Shown here one piece after another: positions 11,749 through 23,368 of a stretch of 64,000 bases of DNA. Location of the stretch: assembly GCA_032718475.1 (NCBI GenBank), contig JAUCBJ010008928.1:120760-184759 (forward strand), written 5' to 3'. The DNA comes from Nemertoderma westbladi. Taxonomy: Eukaryota > Animalia > Xenacoelomorpha. How positions within the stretch are numbered: position 1 is the first letter of the stretch; each line of letters begins with the position of its first letter. A model generated the notes under the pieces. The model ran no database searches. It was not told the origin of the DNA and worked only from the letters and a program-made list of their open reading frames with translations. The position numbers and the translations under genes are program-made.

Positions 11749-14700
11749 GGGAAAGACACTGAAAGATCTTACTATGTCAACAAAACGTCTAAAGACGTAA
11801 GTAAATTTAAGTCTCGAACCAATGACAGGAGAGAACAGGTAAGAAAAACTCCTCCTACGTCTCCTAAGAGAATTCACGGAAGAAAGCCCGAGGAAAGAAC
11901 GAGTGTGCACAACGTTACCCAAAGTAAGGTAAGTAACATCAAACCGAAATGTGCGCTGTGTGACGGGCCCCACCGTTTAAGTGCGTGTGATGAATTTTTA
12001 AAGAAGTCACTAAAAGATAGACGTGAAGTCATGTGGGATAAGCGGTTGTGTTATAATTGCCTCAGACAAGGACACCAACGGCGAACCTGTTACTCCGACG
12101 CAAGGTGTGAAAAGTGCGCCGCGAAACATCATATCTTGTTGCACACTGAATTCGAAAGAAACAGCCCGAGTAAGGTAAGTGAGTCCGAACTACATGTCCA
12201 ATTCAGTGATGTGAACGACACTGACCAAAGTTCTGAGATGGAAGGATTCTATACTGACGAATTCTCCGACGAAAACGAATCCTGTTACCTAATAAATACC
12301 GCAGTGTATCGAGCACTTACGTATGAGAAGGAAACCGACAATGAGCTCCCCCTAACTACTCCTGACCGACAACCATCTTGGAAAGCACCAACTTCCAACG
12401 TAGGAATCCGAGAATTTCCCGTAGTGCAGTTGAGAGTCCACGGGCCTGAAAAGAGCTATATAGTGAATGCCCTCCTTGACTCCGGCAGCACAGGAACATT
12501 CATCGACAAAGAACTAGCCGAAGACATCTTTGCTGGACAACCCAAGTTCCGAACCAAGTTGAACATGTCAGGAATTATGCAGGTTTGGAAATCCACAGTC
12601 ACTACAGACTACTATGTAGGCGCGTTGTCCACCCCCCAGGATGAACTAGGAGAACACAGTATAAGGTCAGTAAAAATGGTGGCGATAAAGAACTTCGCTA
12701 CCAGCCAAGTGGAACCTTATAACTGGGATGAGGACGATTTCACCCAGCAGCATAAGATACCTAGATTCAATACAGACTAACCTGGAGTGCAAATACTCAT
12801 CGGCCAAAATGCGCATGAGGCGCTTGAGACATTGGAGAAACGGCCTGCTCAACCGCAACCACTACAAACCTATGCGGGTAGAACTAGAGTAGGTTGGTAC
12901 TTTACTGGCCCTTCCCGTAGAACTCTCATTGAAAGGTTACCCAAAGAACGGGTCTACCAGGTAAGTGAATGGGAAGAGGAGATCAGTGAGGTAGATGACA
13001 CAACTGAGGGAACACCATACTCCTCAGATAATGACGATATCCACCAACTCTTCGACGAGGAGAATACCATCGACCTCCTTATGGAATACGAAACTTGGCA
13101 AAACCAAGTGAACCTATGTCACCTCATTCGTCCAGCAGGACAAGTCGACTATAACGACGAACTGAATGAAGTGATAGATCGCTACAATGCGAAGACTCGG
13201 GATGAATACAACGTACGATTCTTTACTCAAGAGGCTGTAGAGCCCAATTCCTAAGATAAGGCCCTATCGGTAGAAGAAGAAGAGTCAAGCAGATACAAGA
13301 AACGACTACACGTTTTCTTAAAGATCAAGGTAGATATGAGATTGGTCTGCCCTTCCGACGGCGAGAACCCAATTTTATCAACAACCGACCCTTGGCAGAG
13401 AAGAGAATTGCGCAACTACATCGACGCCTTACGGCAAATGCTTCAGCTAAGGAGATGTACAAGACCCAGCTGAAGAAATTCATTGACAAGGGATATGCGG
13501 AGCGAGTACCGGAAGGAACACCCATAACTGAGAGAACATACTATTTAACACACCATTACGTTCCCAAACCCGGTAAACCCAACGAAGTCCGGGAAGTATT
13601 TGACGGCCCCGCCCTCTACATGGGCCAATCCCTTAACTCCGAGTTGTTGCCAGGACCCAACTTACTACAATCCTTGTTGGGAATACTCTTAAGATTACGA
13701 CAATATTCGATCGCCTTTGCCTCGGATATAGAAGGCATGTTCTTACAAGTTAAGGCGCTGGATAGAGATCGAGACAGCCTACGATTTCTGTGGTGGCCTG
13801 AAGGAGACTTCAACCAGAAACCGGTGGAGTACTGGATGACCATCCAGGCTTTTGGGATCATCTCGAGCCCTTCAAACGCCTGCTCAGTAGTGCGTACCAC
13901 TGCTGATGACAACCGGGACGCCTTCTCCAAAGAGGTTATTGACAACATCAAACGGGATATATACATGGACGACAATTTAAAGTCCCTCCCATCGGTGGAA
14001 GAAGCCATTGATGTCGCCAAAGGAACGGTAGAGTGCTTGAAAAGAAGTGGATTTCGATTAACTAAATTCACCAGCAACTCCCGTAAGTTTCTGGAATCAA
14101 TCCCGGTAGAAGACCGAGGAGTTAAAGATCTAGATCTGATCAAGGACAATCTTCCAGAGACCAAGACGCTTGGTTTGAAATGGGACACGGAGAGAGATAT
14201 CCTGTTTTTCCAGCTAAAACAGCGTGATAATCCAGTTCGGACTAAACGGATTTGTTTAAGTATCCTGAGCACTTATTTCGATCCATTGGGATTTATTAGC
14301 CCAGTTATATTGATTGCTCAGAGTTTAGTACAACAAATGTGGTTTGAAAACCACTCATGGGACGATCCACTTAAGGGAGAACTATTAAAGAAGTGGATGA
14401 AATGGGAAGATTCTCTACCGTCCATCGAGAACTTTATAATTTCCCGTTCATATTTTGGTCATGTTCTCCCTACGTATTCCTATCAACTCCATGTGTTTGG
14501 AGACGCCAGCGATATGGGAATAGGTATAGTAGCCTACCTGAGAGTTGAAACTCTGGATGGAATCAAGGTCGCCTCGGTTACCTCTAAGGCCTTGATAAAC
14601 AACAAGTTGAAAGTTCCTCGAGCGGAGTTAAAAGCGGCTCTATACGCTACAGCCATCGGCCGGAATGTAACAGAACAGATCGACTATCCACTGGAGAAAA

Positions 14701-15325
14701 CTGTCTATTGGACCGATGCTTTACTCGTGTTGGAGTATATAACCAATGAAGTCTGTCAGTTCAGCGTCTTCGTTACCAACAGAGTAGCCATTATACTTAG
14801 TCGCACGAAGATAGATCAATGGAGACATTGCCCCGGAACGATTAATCCAGCCGACATCGCCTCCAGGGGAGCAACTCCACAAGAACTGATAGATACTCCA
14901 GACTGGTTAGGTGGACCCGACTTCCTAAGCAAAGAAGAGGATGAATGGCCTCCTCATCTTACTCCGGCGGAGATTAGACAGGCCAAGGGAGCGGAGAAAG
15001 TCAAACCTAAAACTCGGGCGAGTAAATCGAAGTTATTTAAACCCGTGGTAGATCTGTCTGTACTACACACTTCCGGAGACGACGCTTTGGATCCGAAACC
15101 CACAGCCACAAATAAGTCTGTTGTGGAAATCAGAGAGAGAGATTGGAAATCTGGAATACCAGACGTCTCGCAAGGACTCTCACCTCTCCTGCAGAGAGCG
15201 ATACATCACTATAGTTCCTGGAATCGGCTCTGTAAGGCCGTTACCTATTTAAAGCGATGTTTTCATCATCACTACTCCAGGACAAAGACCACTAGTGATA
15301 CCGCTCCACTGATATCTGCGCAGGT
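11749..15325 (+). pseudogene. pol: BEL/Pao family 2 gag C-terminus and pol (protease, RT, RNase H); integrase absent
   Basis: Triple knuckle CALCDGPH/CYNCLRQGH/CEKCAAKHHILLH; protease ALLDSGSTG; RT SLNSELLPGPNL, DIEGMFLQV, FGIISSP, YMDD; Pao-type RNase H FDPLG, LHVFGDAS, PRAELKAA, WTD, FVTNRV, NPADIASRG. Stops at 12778 and 13252 plus a frameshift. Homology ends near 15325. Confidence 0.95.
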
Positions 15326-16033
15326 CCATGTTGTCAATAGATCATGGGAGCGGAGATTCACCCTATTAAGTGTATTAGTGTGAGAGAATCTCCAATATAT
15401 AGTCAATAGCCGATAAAATTCATAAAATCATGTATAAAGGGATATTGACAATTAAAGAATTACTATTAAATAGCATCCCAGATCTGTATGCATGGAAATT
15501 ACCCTAATTCTACCACTAGCTTTCCATAATGTCACCATAGCAACAACCATGCTAGAATTAGAAGCGAGTTAAAAGAACAATAGAAAGCTTGCCCCATTGA
15601 ATAGCATACGGAATAAATAGTACACTGCTAGTATCCAAGGATACATAATAATAACGTGGCATTCTGGAAGGCACTTGACTAACAGACAAATGGCCCGAAT
15701 GTGTACAATTTGTGACAGTTGTGTGGAATTTGTGCGTTTATAGGTGAATGTTACTACTAAAGTGTGTTTACAGTAGCGAGTCGCAATTGTGAAAGTAGCC
15801 CTAACTCTGCAGTAAGAACCTGAAGTAAATCTAAACCTTTGGGACGGACAGTGGAGTGACTTGTGCCGGTTATCATTGTCGTTGTGTAGCTACTACGTTG
15901 GCGAAAAACACAGCGACGATGGTACATCAGCGCTGAGGATCTTGCACTGTCCGGGGGCCGTGAGGGGTAGGCAGCGACACCCGCTAGCCTAATTATAAAC
16001 TCATTATAATATTGATAAACTCATATAGCAGCT

Positions 16034-17635
16034 ATGACTGAGTTGATAGAAGATGATCTTGGTATCAGGGAGCGATATACTCTACCATTGCAAGCATTTG
16101 TTGATAGCTTAATACACGGCGACGCTGGTCCAACTACTACAGAGGACTATGGTCGTTATATCGAACCGCCAATGTCCAAGGAGCAACTCACTCGTGAATT
16201 GGACTATCGAAAATTCACTGCTCGCTATACGCATCATAATGGTACGCATATGGACTTCTTAACTACTGGTCATCCTATGGATTTACACGATACGGACGAT
16301 GTCGACACCGAAAGGGAAATGGTACTATTTAAATATCCTACCCAGCGGAGTCAGAACGATAAACTGAAAATTGAATGCGAAAATTCTATTCGAAATCGAC
16401 TCGAAAGAGAAGACGTTAAAGAACCTGATAAACGCGGTAACTCCAATGTATATTTGGAATTCTTCAGAGAAACATTGTAAAACCGAATAAATATCACCCG
16501 CGTTTCCCCTACAAGACGTGCGTCTTTGGTATTATTGCGATGAATGCCCAAGACCCAACCAACAAACGGAAAGACATAAACATCCGCGGAGACGTTGCTC
16601 TAAACACAGTTTTACTCGCTATATTTACGGGAGTTTCGAGCGAAAGCTTGTTCGATGTATCACCTACGCTCGCTCGACTCAAACGATCCTTAAATAAACC
16701 TATGATCAGAGTTCCGGAATACTCGGTCAGACCTCCTCACTCCCTAGTGAGACCTCAGACTCTTGATCCTAATAGTATCACGGATCCTCCCGAACTGTAC
16801 TCACTGTTCAAAGATCTAGTGTTACCCGAACAATTAGTCGGTGGCACTCCGGTTGTGGGCTCCCTAAATATTCGCCCATCTTACCTAGTCGGATTGGGAC
16901 GCGGACATCTAATATCGCCATTCAACCGTATCATCGTCCCGGTTTAACCCAATACAACCTGTCACCGAGGCGGAGGAGAGAGTTGTACGAAACGCGTTGG
17001 ACACTATTCGTCAAAAGATCGGAAAAGGAACCTACAATTGTTTAGAGAAACGTAAATTGCAGCAGCAAGTCCAAGCGGTAAACGAATTAGCTTTATCTCA
17101 GTTCGATCAGGAAATCCAGAATCTCTAAGAATATATCGAACTTGGACGACTCTACTCTAAAAGAGTTTTAGACGAATGCTTCCAACAACAAGCGGAGGAA
17201 AATCAGCTCGAGGAGAAGCATATCGATTCCGATAGAGCCCGAGAACGCGAGTTGAAAAGAATCATCAAACCGAGGAAATTTCTCACTACACACGGTCCAC
17301 CTACCGCTTTCGTGCAAACGACCCGTCAGGGACCAATAAGAGCTGCTGTCTTAAAATGCGCTCTCAAGGTTGTTCGACCTCGTTCCACTGAGGTTGATAT
17401 AGATCAACCAGGTACCTCGACCGGCGGATACATCGACCGTAATCCTAAACCTTCCGATGCAATTGTATTGCACCCTTCACCCAGGAGTTATAGCCCTCCT
17501 AGTAAAGTGGCTCGCCCCAAAGAGAAAAGGACTCTTGCTAGCCTCAAAAAACTGCGTAAACGCCGTCCGCCAAGAAAGACTAACTGTTTAGAGTATTTTT
17601 ATATTTTAGAAACTGTGATTTTTTATATTTTATAG
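16034..17635 (+). pseudogene. Frameshifted unknown ORF immediately upstream of the PPT/LTR (candidate 3' accessory gene of BEL/Pao family 2)
   Basis: Consecutive + strand ORF pieces (148, 135, 127 aa, plus coding-like 16950-17250) with a basic end (LKKLRKRRPPRK), finishing ~20 bp before the PPT. No motif recognised. Confidence 0.45.
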
Positions 17636-17661
17636 AATTAAATCCCATTTTCTGGGAGCGG

Positions 17662-18842
17662 TGTAAAGGCTTTTGCGGATCTAGCTAGTCATTTTCCCCG
17701 CAAAGTACTCTGTAGGTGTTTTAGCGGACATAAAAAGCCGTTTTCTTACTGTGTAGGTGTTTTAGTGGACATAAAAAGCCATTTTTCTGTATGTGTACTT
17801 TAGCGGACATAACTAGCGATTTTATGCCGCAATACGCCAAAATACTCTTGATACAGTGTAGTTCAGATGACGACATCTATCAGCTGATATGTCCACGTAT
17901 AGCTTTTCTTTGTTCTTTGTTCGGCTCGACCAATCAGAGCGATTTTCATTTTATTTGCACAGAAGCCTCCGGGAAATCGCGCAATGCATTATGGTCTTTG
18001 TTTACCTTTTTTCCTGAGCCCAGAACATCGGCTGTGGAATTATTCTGTGTTTCAGACTTTAGCCAAACATTAGAACGGCTTTGATCATAGAAACGTATAA
18101 CTGTTATCAGTACATCACAAACTGCTCATATTGTCAAACCTGATCACATATAAACACCGCATTATTTTACTGCTATTTACTGTCGGTTATTAATTGTTAT
18201 CAGTTGATGGAATATTGTTATATTTGGAGAATATCGATAAATAATCAGAAAACCCCAATCTTCTTGATATACTGAAGGTTAGAGAGACCGGTTACATATA
18301 GCAATTGCGACTTACATTATAGTGGTTTTGGAGTGAATTGAATGCTATTTCATAGACCCTACATGTGTCAGTTGCTGTTCTCCTTATATATGATTAAAAT
18401 TAGTGAAGGTCGGCAGATCAGTGTGCAGCAGTGTGCGGTATTGTGCATGAGTGTGATAGATAACAAAGCATTTCCTAAAGAATGCGCTTTATACGTAAAT
18501 CATTAGCCATCCCGTTGTGTTTAGTGTAAGTCATAACTCTGTTTACATACTTAGAGCGCCACGTCCTAAAGGAACTGTTAATATTTCCCGAAAGTGAATA
18601 ATATTTGTCAGAGATTATATATTAACGATCAATCGAATAGTACAGTAGGCCTACACCGCAATAAGGTCAGAGCATCCGAATCCAGTCTCCCTTAACCGTG
18701 GGTGAATGATCGCGCATAGGCTGGCTTCGGCTAATGTAGCTTTATGTGTATCAAATACTTGTCATAGGCTAAAGTCGATTTATAACCTAGAAGACACCTA
18801 AATTTGGCAGGTTAAACTGCTAAAGGTCTAAAAGCGCGAACA
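17662..18842 (+). mobile_element. LTR of BEL/Pao family 2 (+ copy)
   Basis: Starts TGTAAAGGC directly after purine tract GGGAGCGG; candidate end ...AAAGCGCGAACA at 18842, a terminus shared by other copies (19567, 29561, 45343). Near-identical inverted copy at 24885-26058. CCAAT box at ~17930. The 3' limit could be further downstream. Confidence 0.8.
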
Positions 18843-19515
18843 ATAACAGTTATCTGCTTTCTTTATTGCAACGTAGGCAATAAAGTCGAAAAGTACCGGT
18901 CGACCGGTAACAGTAGGCCTGACTGCCTAACCACCCGAACCGGTACTTACAGCAGTACAGGTACATCAGTATTATTCGATTTTGATAATTATATACCGGT
19001 AGGTCTTGATATTTAATCAGGGACGGCCGCCCTGGTTTTTTATTGGGATTTTACTTATTTCTGTCAGTTTTATTTATTTGTAAGTTAATATTGAGCAGAA
19101 GGCGTGTAAGCCCGCTCAAATTGTACAAATAATTTGTAGGCTGGATTGTTGTCTGGCTGTTGTCAGGTCCGAAGAGATTGCAGTGTGTGTAGAGTGTATG
19201 TCCGATAAAATACTAGTTAGGAAAGTGGGGGCATCCAGTGCTGTAAGGTAAATCCCCCCCCCCCCCCCCCCCCCCCGAAAGAATAAGTCGTACTACTCGG
19301 TTAGAACGCATACTAACTAACCATTTCGGAGTCTGCATATACTGTAGTTTATTTAGGCTTGATAGTAGTCTGCCAGCATTTGGTTTGTATTTTGTTTGTG
19401 TAGTCTGTACGGGTAGCGTAATATTTATTATTCAGAGTTTATGCGATTATTCGCAACATTCATACCCCCAAGTTTATTCCTACAGTAATTGTGCTTGTTA
19501 TATATACCATTATAG
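18843..19515 (+). repeat. LTR-adjacent leader sequence, inverted duplicate of ~24228-24884
   Basis: Reverse-complement match continues to ...TATACCATTATAG (19515), then switches to a 52-bp copy of the LTR end. Confidence 0.9.
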
Positions 19516-19552
19516 AAGACACCTAAATTTGGCAGGTTAAACAGCTAAAGGT

Positions 19553-22500
19553 CTAAAAGCGCGAACAGTCAGTGTCGTTCACATCACTGAATTGGACATG
19601 TAGTTCGGACTCACTTACCTGACTCGGGCTGTTTCTTTCGAATTCAGTGTGCAACAAGATATGATGTTTCGCGCCGCACTTTGCACACCTTGCGTCGGAG
19701 TAACAGGTTCGCCGTTGGTGTCCTTGTCTGAGGCAATTATAACACAACCGCTTATCCCACATGACTTCACGTCTATCTTTTAGTGACTTCTTTAAAAATT
19801 CATCACACGCACTTAAACGGTGGGGCCCATCACATAGCGCACATTTCGGTTTGATGTTACTTACCTTACTTTGGGTAACGTTGTGCACACTCGTTCTTTC
19901 CTCGGGCTTTCTTCCGTGAATTCTCTTAGGAGACGTAGGAGGAGTTTTTCTTACCTGTTCTCTCCTGTCATTGGTTCGAGACTTGAATTTACTTACGTCC
20001 TTAGTCGCTTTGTTGTCATAGTAAGATATTTCAGTGTCTTTCCCGCTGTCTTCCTCTTGAGAAGCCTGGCTTTCGCCGTTGTCTGTATAACACACTGGTA
20101 TTACCTTTCTCCTAGAAACAGGTTTCTCACTTACCTTATTTTCCGCTGTCTTCTCTCTGGACTGCTTTAGGAGCTGTAATTTTACCTCTCCATCTAAGAA
20201 TGACATGAGATCAGCCATGGTAGGATCTCTTCGTTGTTGTTCCATCATATATAACACTTTCTTATCCCGGCGTGTACCTACTCCACCCTTCGGTAAAGTA
20301 GAGGCCACGGCTCCAATAACCATAGAACTCTGATATTCATGAGACTTACCTAGCCAATCTAATTGTCTACAGATCTCCTGAATCTCATCGGAAAACTCTA
20401 TAATCCCGTTGCTAATGAATTTTCGGGGCGCTACCAATTTTGCATACAAATACCTAGCTATGTTATTCCTATTACCATACCTGATGTTTAGGGTATCCCA
20501 AACTTGTCTTAATCCATCTGGATGTCCAATAAACTTTAACGCCATTAACTTGGGAGATCCTTCCAAGCACTCGATGAGGAATCTAAGTTTTTCTCCATTA
20601 GATAGCACAGAGTTCTGTATGTTATCTTTGTAATATTCATTAAAAGGTAACCATTTCATCTCATCTCTATTGAACTTGACGATCTCTCCCACCTTTACCG
20701 CTTGACGGGTTTCGGTTCTAGCCATTTGATGTGTAAAACTTTCTTGGGCCATCGTGTTATTTAATATCGAGTTATCGGTATATAAATTTTTCGGATTATG
20801 ATCAGGTCTATATGGAATATCATTGTTAACAGGTTTATAATTACCCTTAATAGGGTTTACTATAGGAGTTTCTACTTCACTAGCAGTATAGATGCGTGTA
20901 GGCTCCACACCTTGCGCATGAAATACTTCAGACCTAACAGGTTGACACATTGTTACCGGGGTTGGTGGTATACCCCTTTGGGTATTTACTAATTTATCGC
21001 GTTCTAACGCGATACTCTGCTGCACTTCTTGCAACTCTAACCTACTTTCCCTTACTGTGCCCTTGAACAGTTGAACAGTCTCCTGCATCTGCCCGAGCAG
21101 GAGATCCATCCCCCGCCGTCCCTCATCCACCCACTCGACCGCCGAAGCGGGAGCCGCCAACATAGTAGCGGGTGGACGAGGGACAACGGGCGACAAATCA
21201 TTGATATTTCGCTCGGAGTCCAGGACAGGAACTGTCTCAGGGGCTGTTCTGCTGGGCACAGGTAGTTTAGTGCTGTGCAAAGGGAATTTAGAGGTAGGTT
21301 CTGGGAGTACAGGTGTCTCTATCACCGAAGGGGTGGCTTTGAGAACAGGCCTAATTATTTCAGGCTCATCTACTATAGTAGGGAGTCTTTCGACTCTAAT
21401 AATTTGGTCTGTGGGTTCTGTACTAACTAAGTCTGAGCTAGCTAGTTGCCTTCTAACAGCTGGGGGCAAATCAGGCAATTTCTGACGGTGGGGCATTCTT
21501 GTACGCCTGCTTAGACGAGATCTATTTCCTCCGCCTTCAGGATAGGTGGTATCGCCTTCATCAGATGATGTAAATCCCTGCCTTTTGGGAGTAGATCGAC
21601 TTATCATCTGCATTTGACTAGCTGTTAACTGTTTGTTTATGCAGTCTTGCTTCTCTTGAAGATTTTCCAACTCTAGTTGGGTGGTCTCTTCAGACGCTCT
21701 CCGTTCTGCTTCTGCCACTGCCTCTGCCGCTTTTCTTTCCGCTTCTTCCGTTGCCACTGCCGCTTTTCTTTCAACTTCTGCCGCTGCCGCTGCTGCTGTC
21801 TTTCTGTCTTCTATACGTTTTTTCTTTACTTGTTCTTCTTGGACTCTAGCGATGCGGAGGCGTTCATCAAATTTAGCTTGGTTCGCGGCTAACATTTCCG
21901 CATCTATTTCGTCCAACACAAGCTTGGCTCCTTCACTATTAGGGCGAAGTCCAGCCAGCCGTCTCCTCAACTCTTCATCACCTAGAAATCGTTGATAGTC
22001 TGACAGATAGATGTCAATAGCGTCCCTCTTCTGCGGTTTCTCTGCTGTCGCTTCACTTTCCACTTGAGAAAAGGTAGCGTCTGTTGATTCTCTATGGGTT
22101 GAGCGCTCAGCCAGCTGAGATTTCCACTGGGCTGTTCCTTGAACCTTGAGACCCACCCGCTGGAACCAAGTCTTTACGGCAACTTGCAACGACGTGTCTT
22201 GTCTTCTTTTCGAAGCTTCCTCAAAGGCCGATAGGATTAGTCTGATTCTTAGAATTCTTTCTCTAACTTGATAAAGCAGCTCTCCCTGCTCTTGAGGTCC
22301 TTGGGGTTGTTGAAACAGTTGTTCCTCTAATCGCTCCAAAGAGCTGAAGAATCCCTGTACGTATCCTGCTGCCGACCTCTTCCATACAGCTGGATCACTA
22401 GTATCCTTTGTCACTCCCATCCTGTGTATGTCTTCCCAGGCAGCTTCCGATAAGTCAAACGGGAGTCCGGGTCCGGGGAAGTTCCATTGCGACTCGACAA

Positions 22501-22978
22501 TAGACTTCAGTTCTTCCCTTGTGTATCCCGCATAACTGTCCTTGATCGATCGCTTACTTCTCGCCCAATCAATTTGGTGTTCCTCCACCGCAATCAATAC
22601 CCTAGTGAGTACGGCTGCAGGAAGAATGAGAAGGGGATCCGAATAAACCGCATCTGCCATCTTTGCTCCGCGCTCGGGTGTCAGCTCTACAGTATCCGAA
22701 CTACTGGAGCTATCGGGCTGCTGAGAAATAAGTTCTCGGCTAGGGTGTTGCTGCTGTTTGACAGCTGCTTCTTGATCCCGCTTGACTTGAGCCCGAGTGC
22801 CTATGATACACCTACGGTGTTGGACTAGCCTAGGGTCTGATACTACTACTGGAGGGATGATCTTTCTTACAGTAGGAGGTGAGTTGAACTTCGGTCTCAA
22901 ACGTTCAGCACTCCTATCTGGGTCACAGATGGTTGTATCTAGGAGACTGTCTGACAGGTTTTGCTTTGTGTCAGACAT
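19553..22978 (-). CDS. gag: BEL/Pao family 2 Gag, open for 1141 aa, cut just after the zinc knuckles
   Basis: Coiled-coil N-half; VKFNRDEMKWLPFNEYY...LSNGEKLRFLIECLEG...VWDTLNIRYGN; triple CCHC/CCHH knuckles. 19568-20044 is the reverse complement of ~11749-12225. The last residues (CSRF) come from the junction. Confidence 0.93.
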   Translation of the reverse strand: MSDTKQNLSDSLLDTTICDPDRSAERLRPKFNSPPTVRKIIPPVVVSDPRLVQHRRCIIGTRAQVKRDQEAAVKQQQHPSRELISQQPDSSSSSDTVELTPERGAKMADAVYSDPLLILPAAVLTRVLIAVEEHQIDWARSKRSIKDSYAGYTREELKSIVESQWNFPGPGLPFDLSEAAWEDIHRMGVTKDTSDPAVWKRSAAGYVQGFFSSLERLEEQLFQQPQGPQEQGELLYQVRERILRIRLILSAFEEASKRRQDTSLQVAVKTWFQRVGLKVQGTAQWKSQLAERSTHRESTDATFSQVESEATAEKPQKRDAIDIYLSDYQRFLGDEELRRRLAGLRPNSEGAKLVLDEIDAEMLAANQAKFDERLRIARVQEEQVKKKRIEDRKTAAAAAAEVERKAAVATEEAERKAAEAVAEAERRASEETTQLELENLQEKQDCINKQLTASQMQMISRSTPKRQGFTSSDEGDTTYPEGGGNRSRLSRRTRMPHRQKLPDLPPAVRRQLASSDLVSTEPTDQIIRVERLPTIVDEPEIIRPVLKATPSVIETPVLPEPTSKFPLHSTKLPVPSRTAPETVPVLDSERNINDLSPVVPRPPATMLAAPASAVEWVDEGRRGMDLLLGQMQETVQLFKGTVRESRLELQEVQQSIALERDKLVNTQRGIPPTPVTMCQPVRSEVFHAQGVEPTRIYTASEVETPIVNPIKGNYKPVNNDIPYRPDHNPKNLYTDNSILNNTMAQESFTHQMARTETRQAVKVGEIVKFNRDEMKWLPFNEYYKDNIQNSVLSNGEKLRFLIECLEGSPKLMALKFIGHPDGLRQVWDTLNIRYGNRNNIARYLYAKLVAPRKFISNGIIEFSDEIQEICRQLDWLGKSHEYQSSMVIGAVASTLPKGGVGTRRDKKVLYMMEQQRRDPTMADLMSFLDGEVKLQLLKQSREKTAENKVSEKPVSRRKVIPVCYTDNGESQASQEEDSGKDTEISYYDNKATKDVSKFKSRTNDRREQVRKTPPTSPKRIHGRKPEERTSVHNVTQSKVSNIKPKCALCDGPHRLSACDEFLKKSLKDRREVMWDKRLCYNCLRQGHQRRTCYSDARCAKCGAKHHILLHTEFERNSPSQVSESELHVQFSDVNDTDCSRF

Positions 22979-23113
22979 GTTTGTTTATACAGTTGAATGC
23001 CTACTGCTAGAACTACAGTTAAAGCAAGTCTAGTAATTCAGTATCACTGTTAGCCTAGTATTTAATTACCGATATCGTTACTCTATGTAACGTGATATAT
23101 ATACAATATATTA

Positions 23114-23368
23114 GAATACCGGTATACACTTATAGTATATATATAAGTATTATTACAGACTAGGTTTGTCACAGAATACCGGTATATAATTTCAGCACAA
23201 ATATATAGAAATATATAATAAGCCTATCATGAATACCGGTATACAGCTTACACTTGTAGTGTATATAAGTATAATTATAGACTAGAATTAATTACAGAAT
23301 ACCGGTATATAATTTCAGCTTAAATTTATAGAAATAAATATAATAAGCCTATCGTGAATACCGGTACA
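23114..23368. repeat. Tandem repeat in the retrotransposon leader (~120-bp dimer of GAATACCGGTA-anchored subunits)
   Basis: GAATACCGGTA at ~23114, 23174, 23231, 23297, 23356 with alternating similar spacers. Confidence 0.75.

Noticed and set aside
13616-14272. 218-aa antisense ORF, and similar shadows over gag, KH, crystallin and F-box genes
   Set aside because: Opposite-strand or alternate-frame shadows of genuine coding regions.
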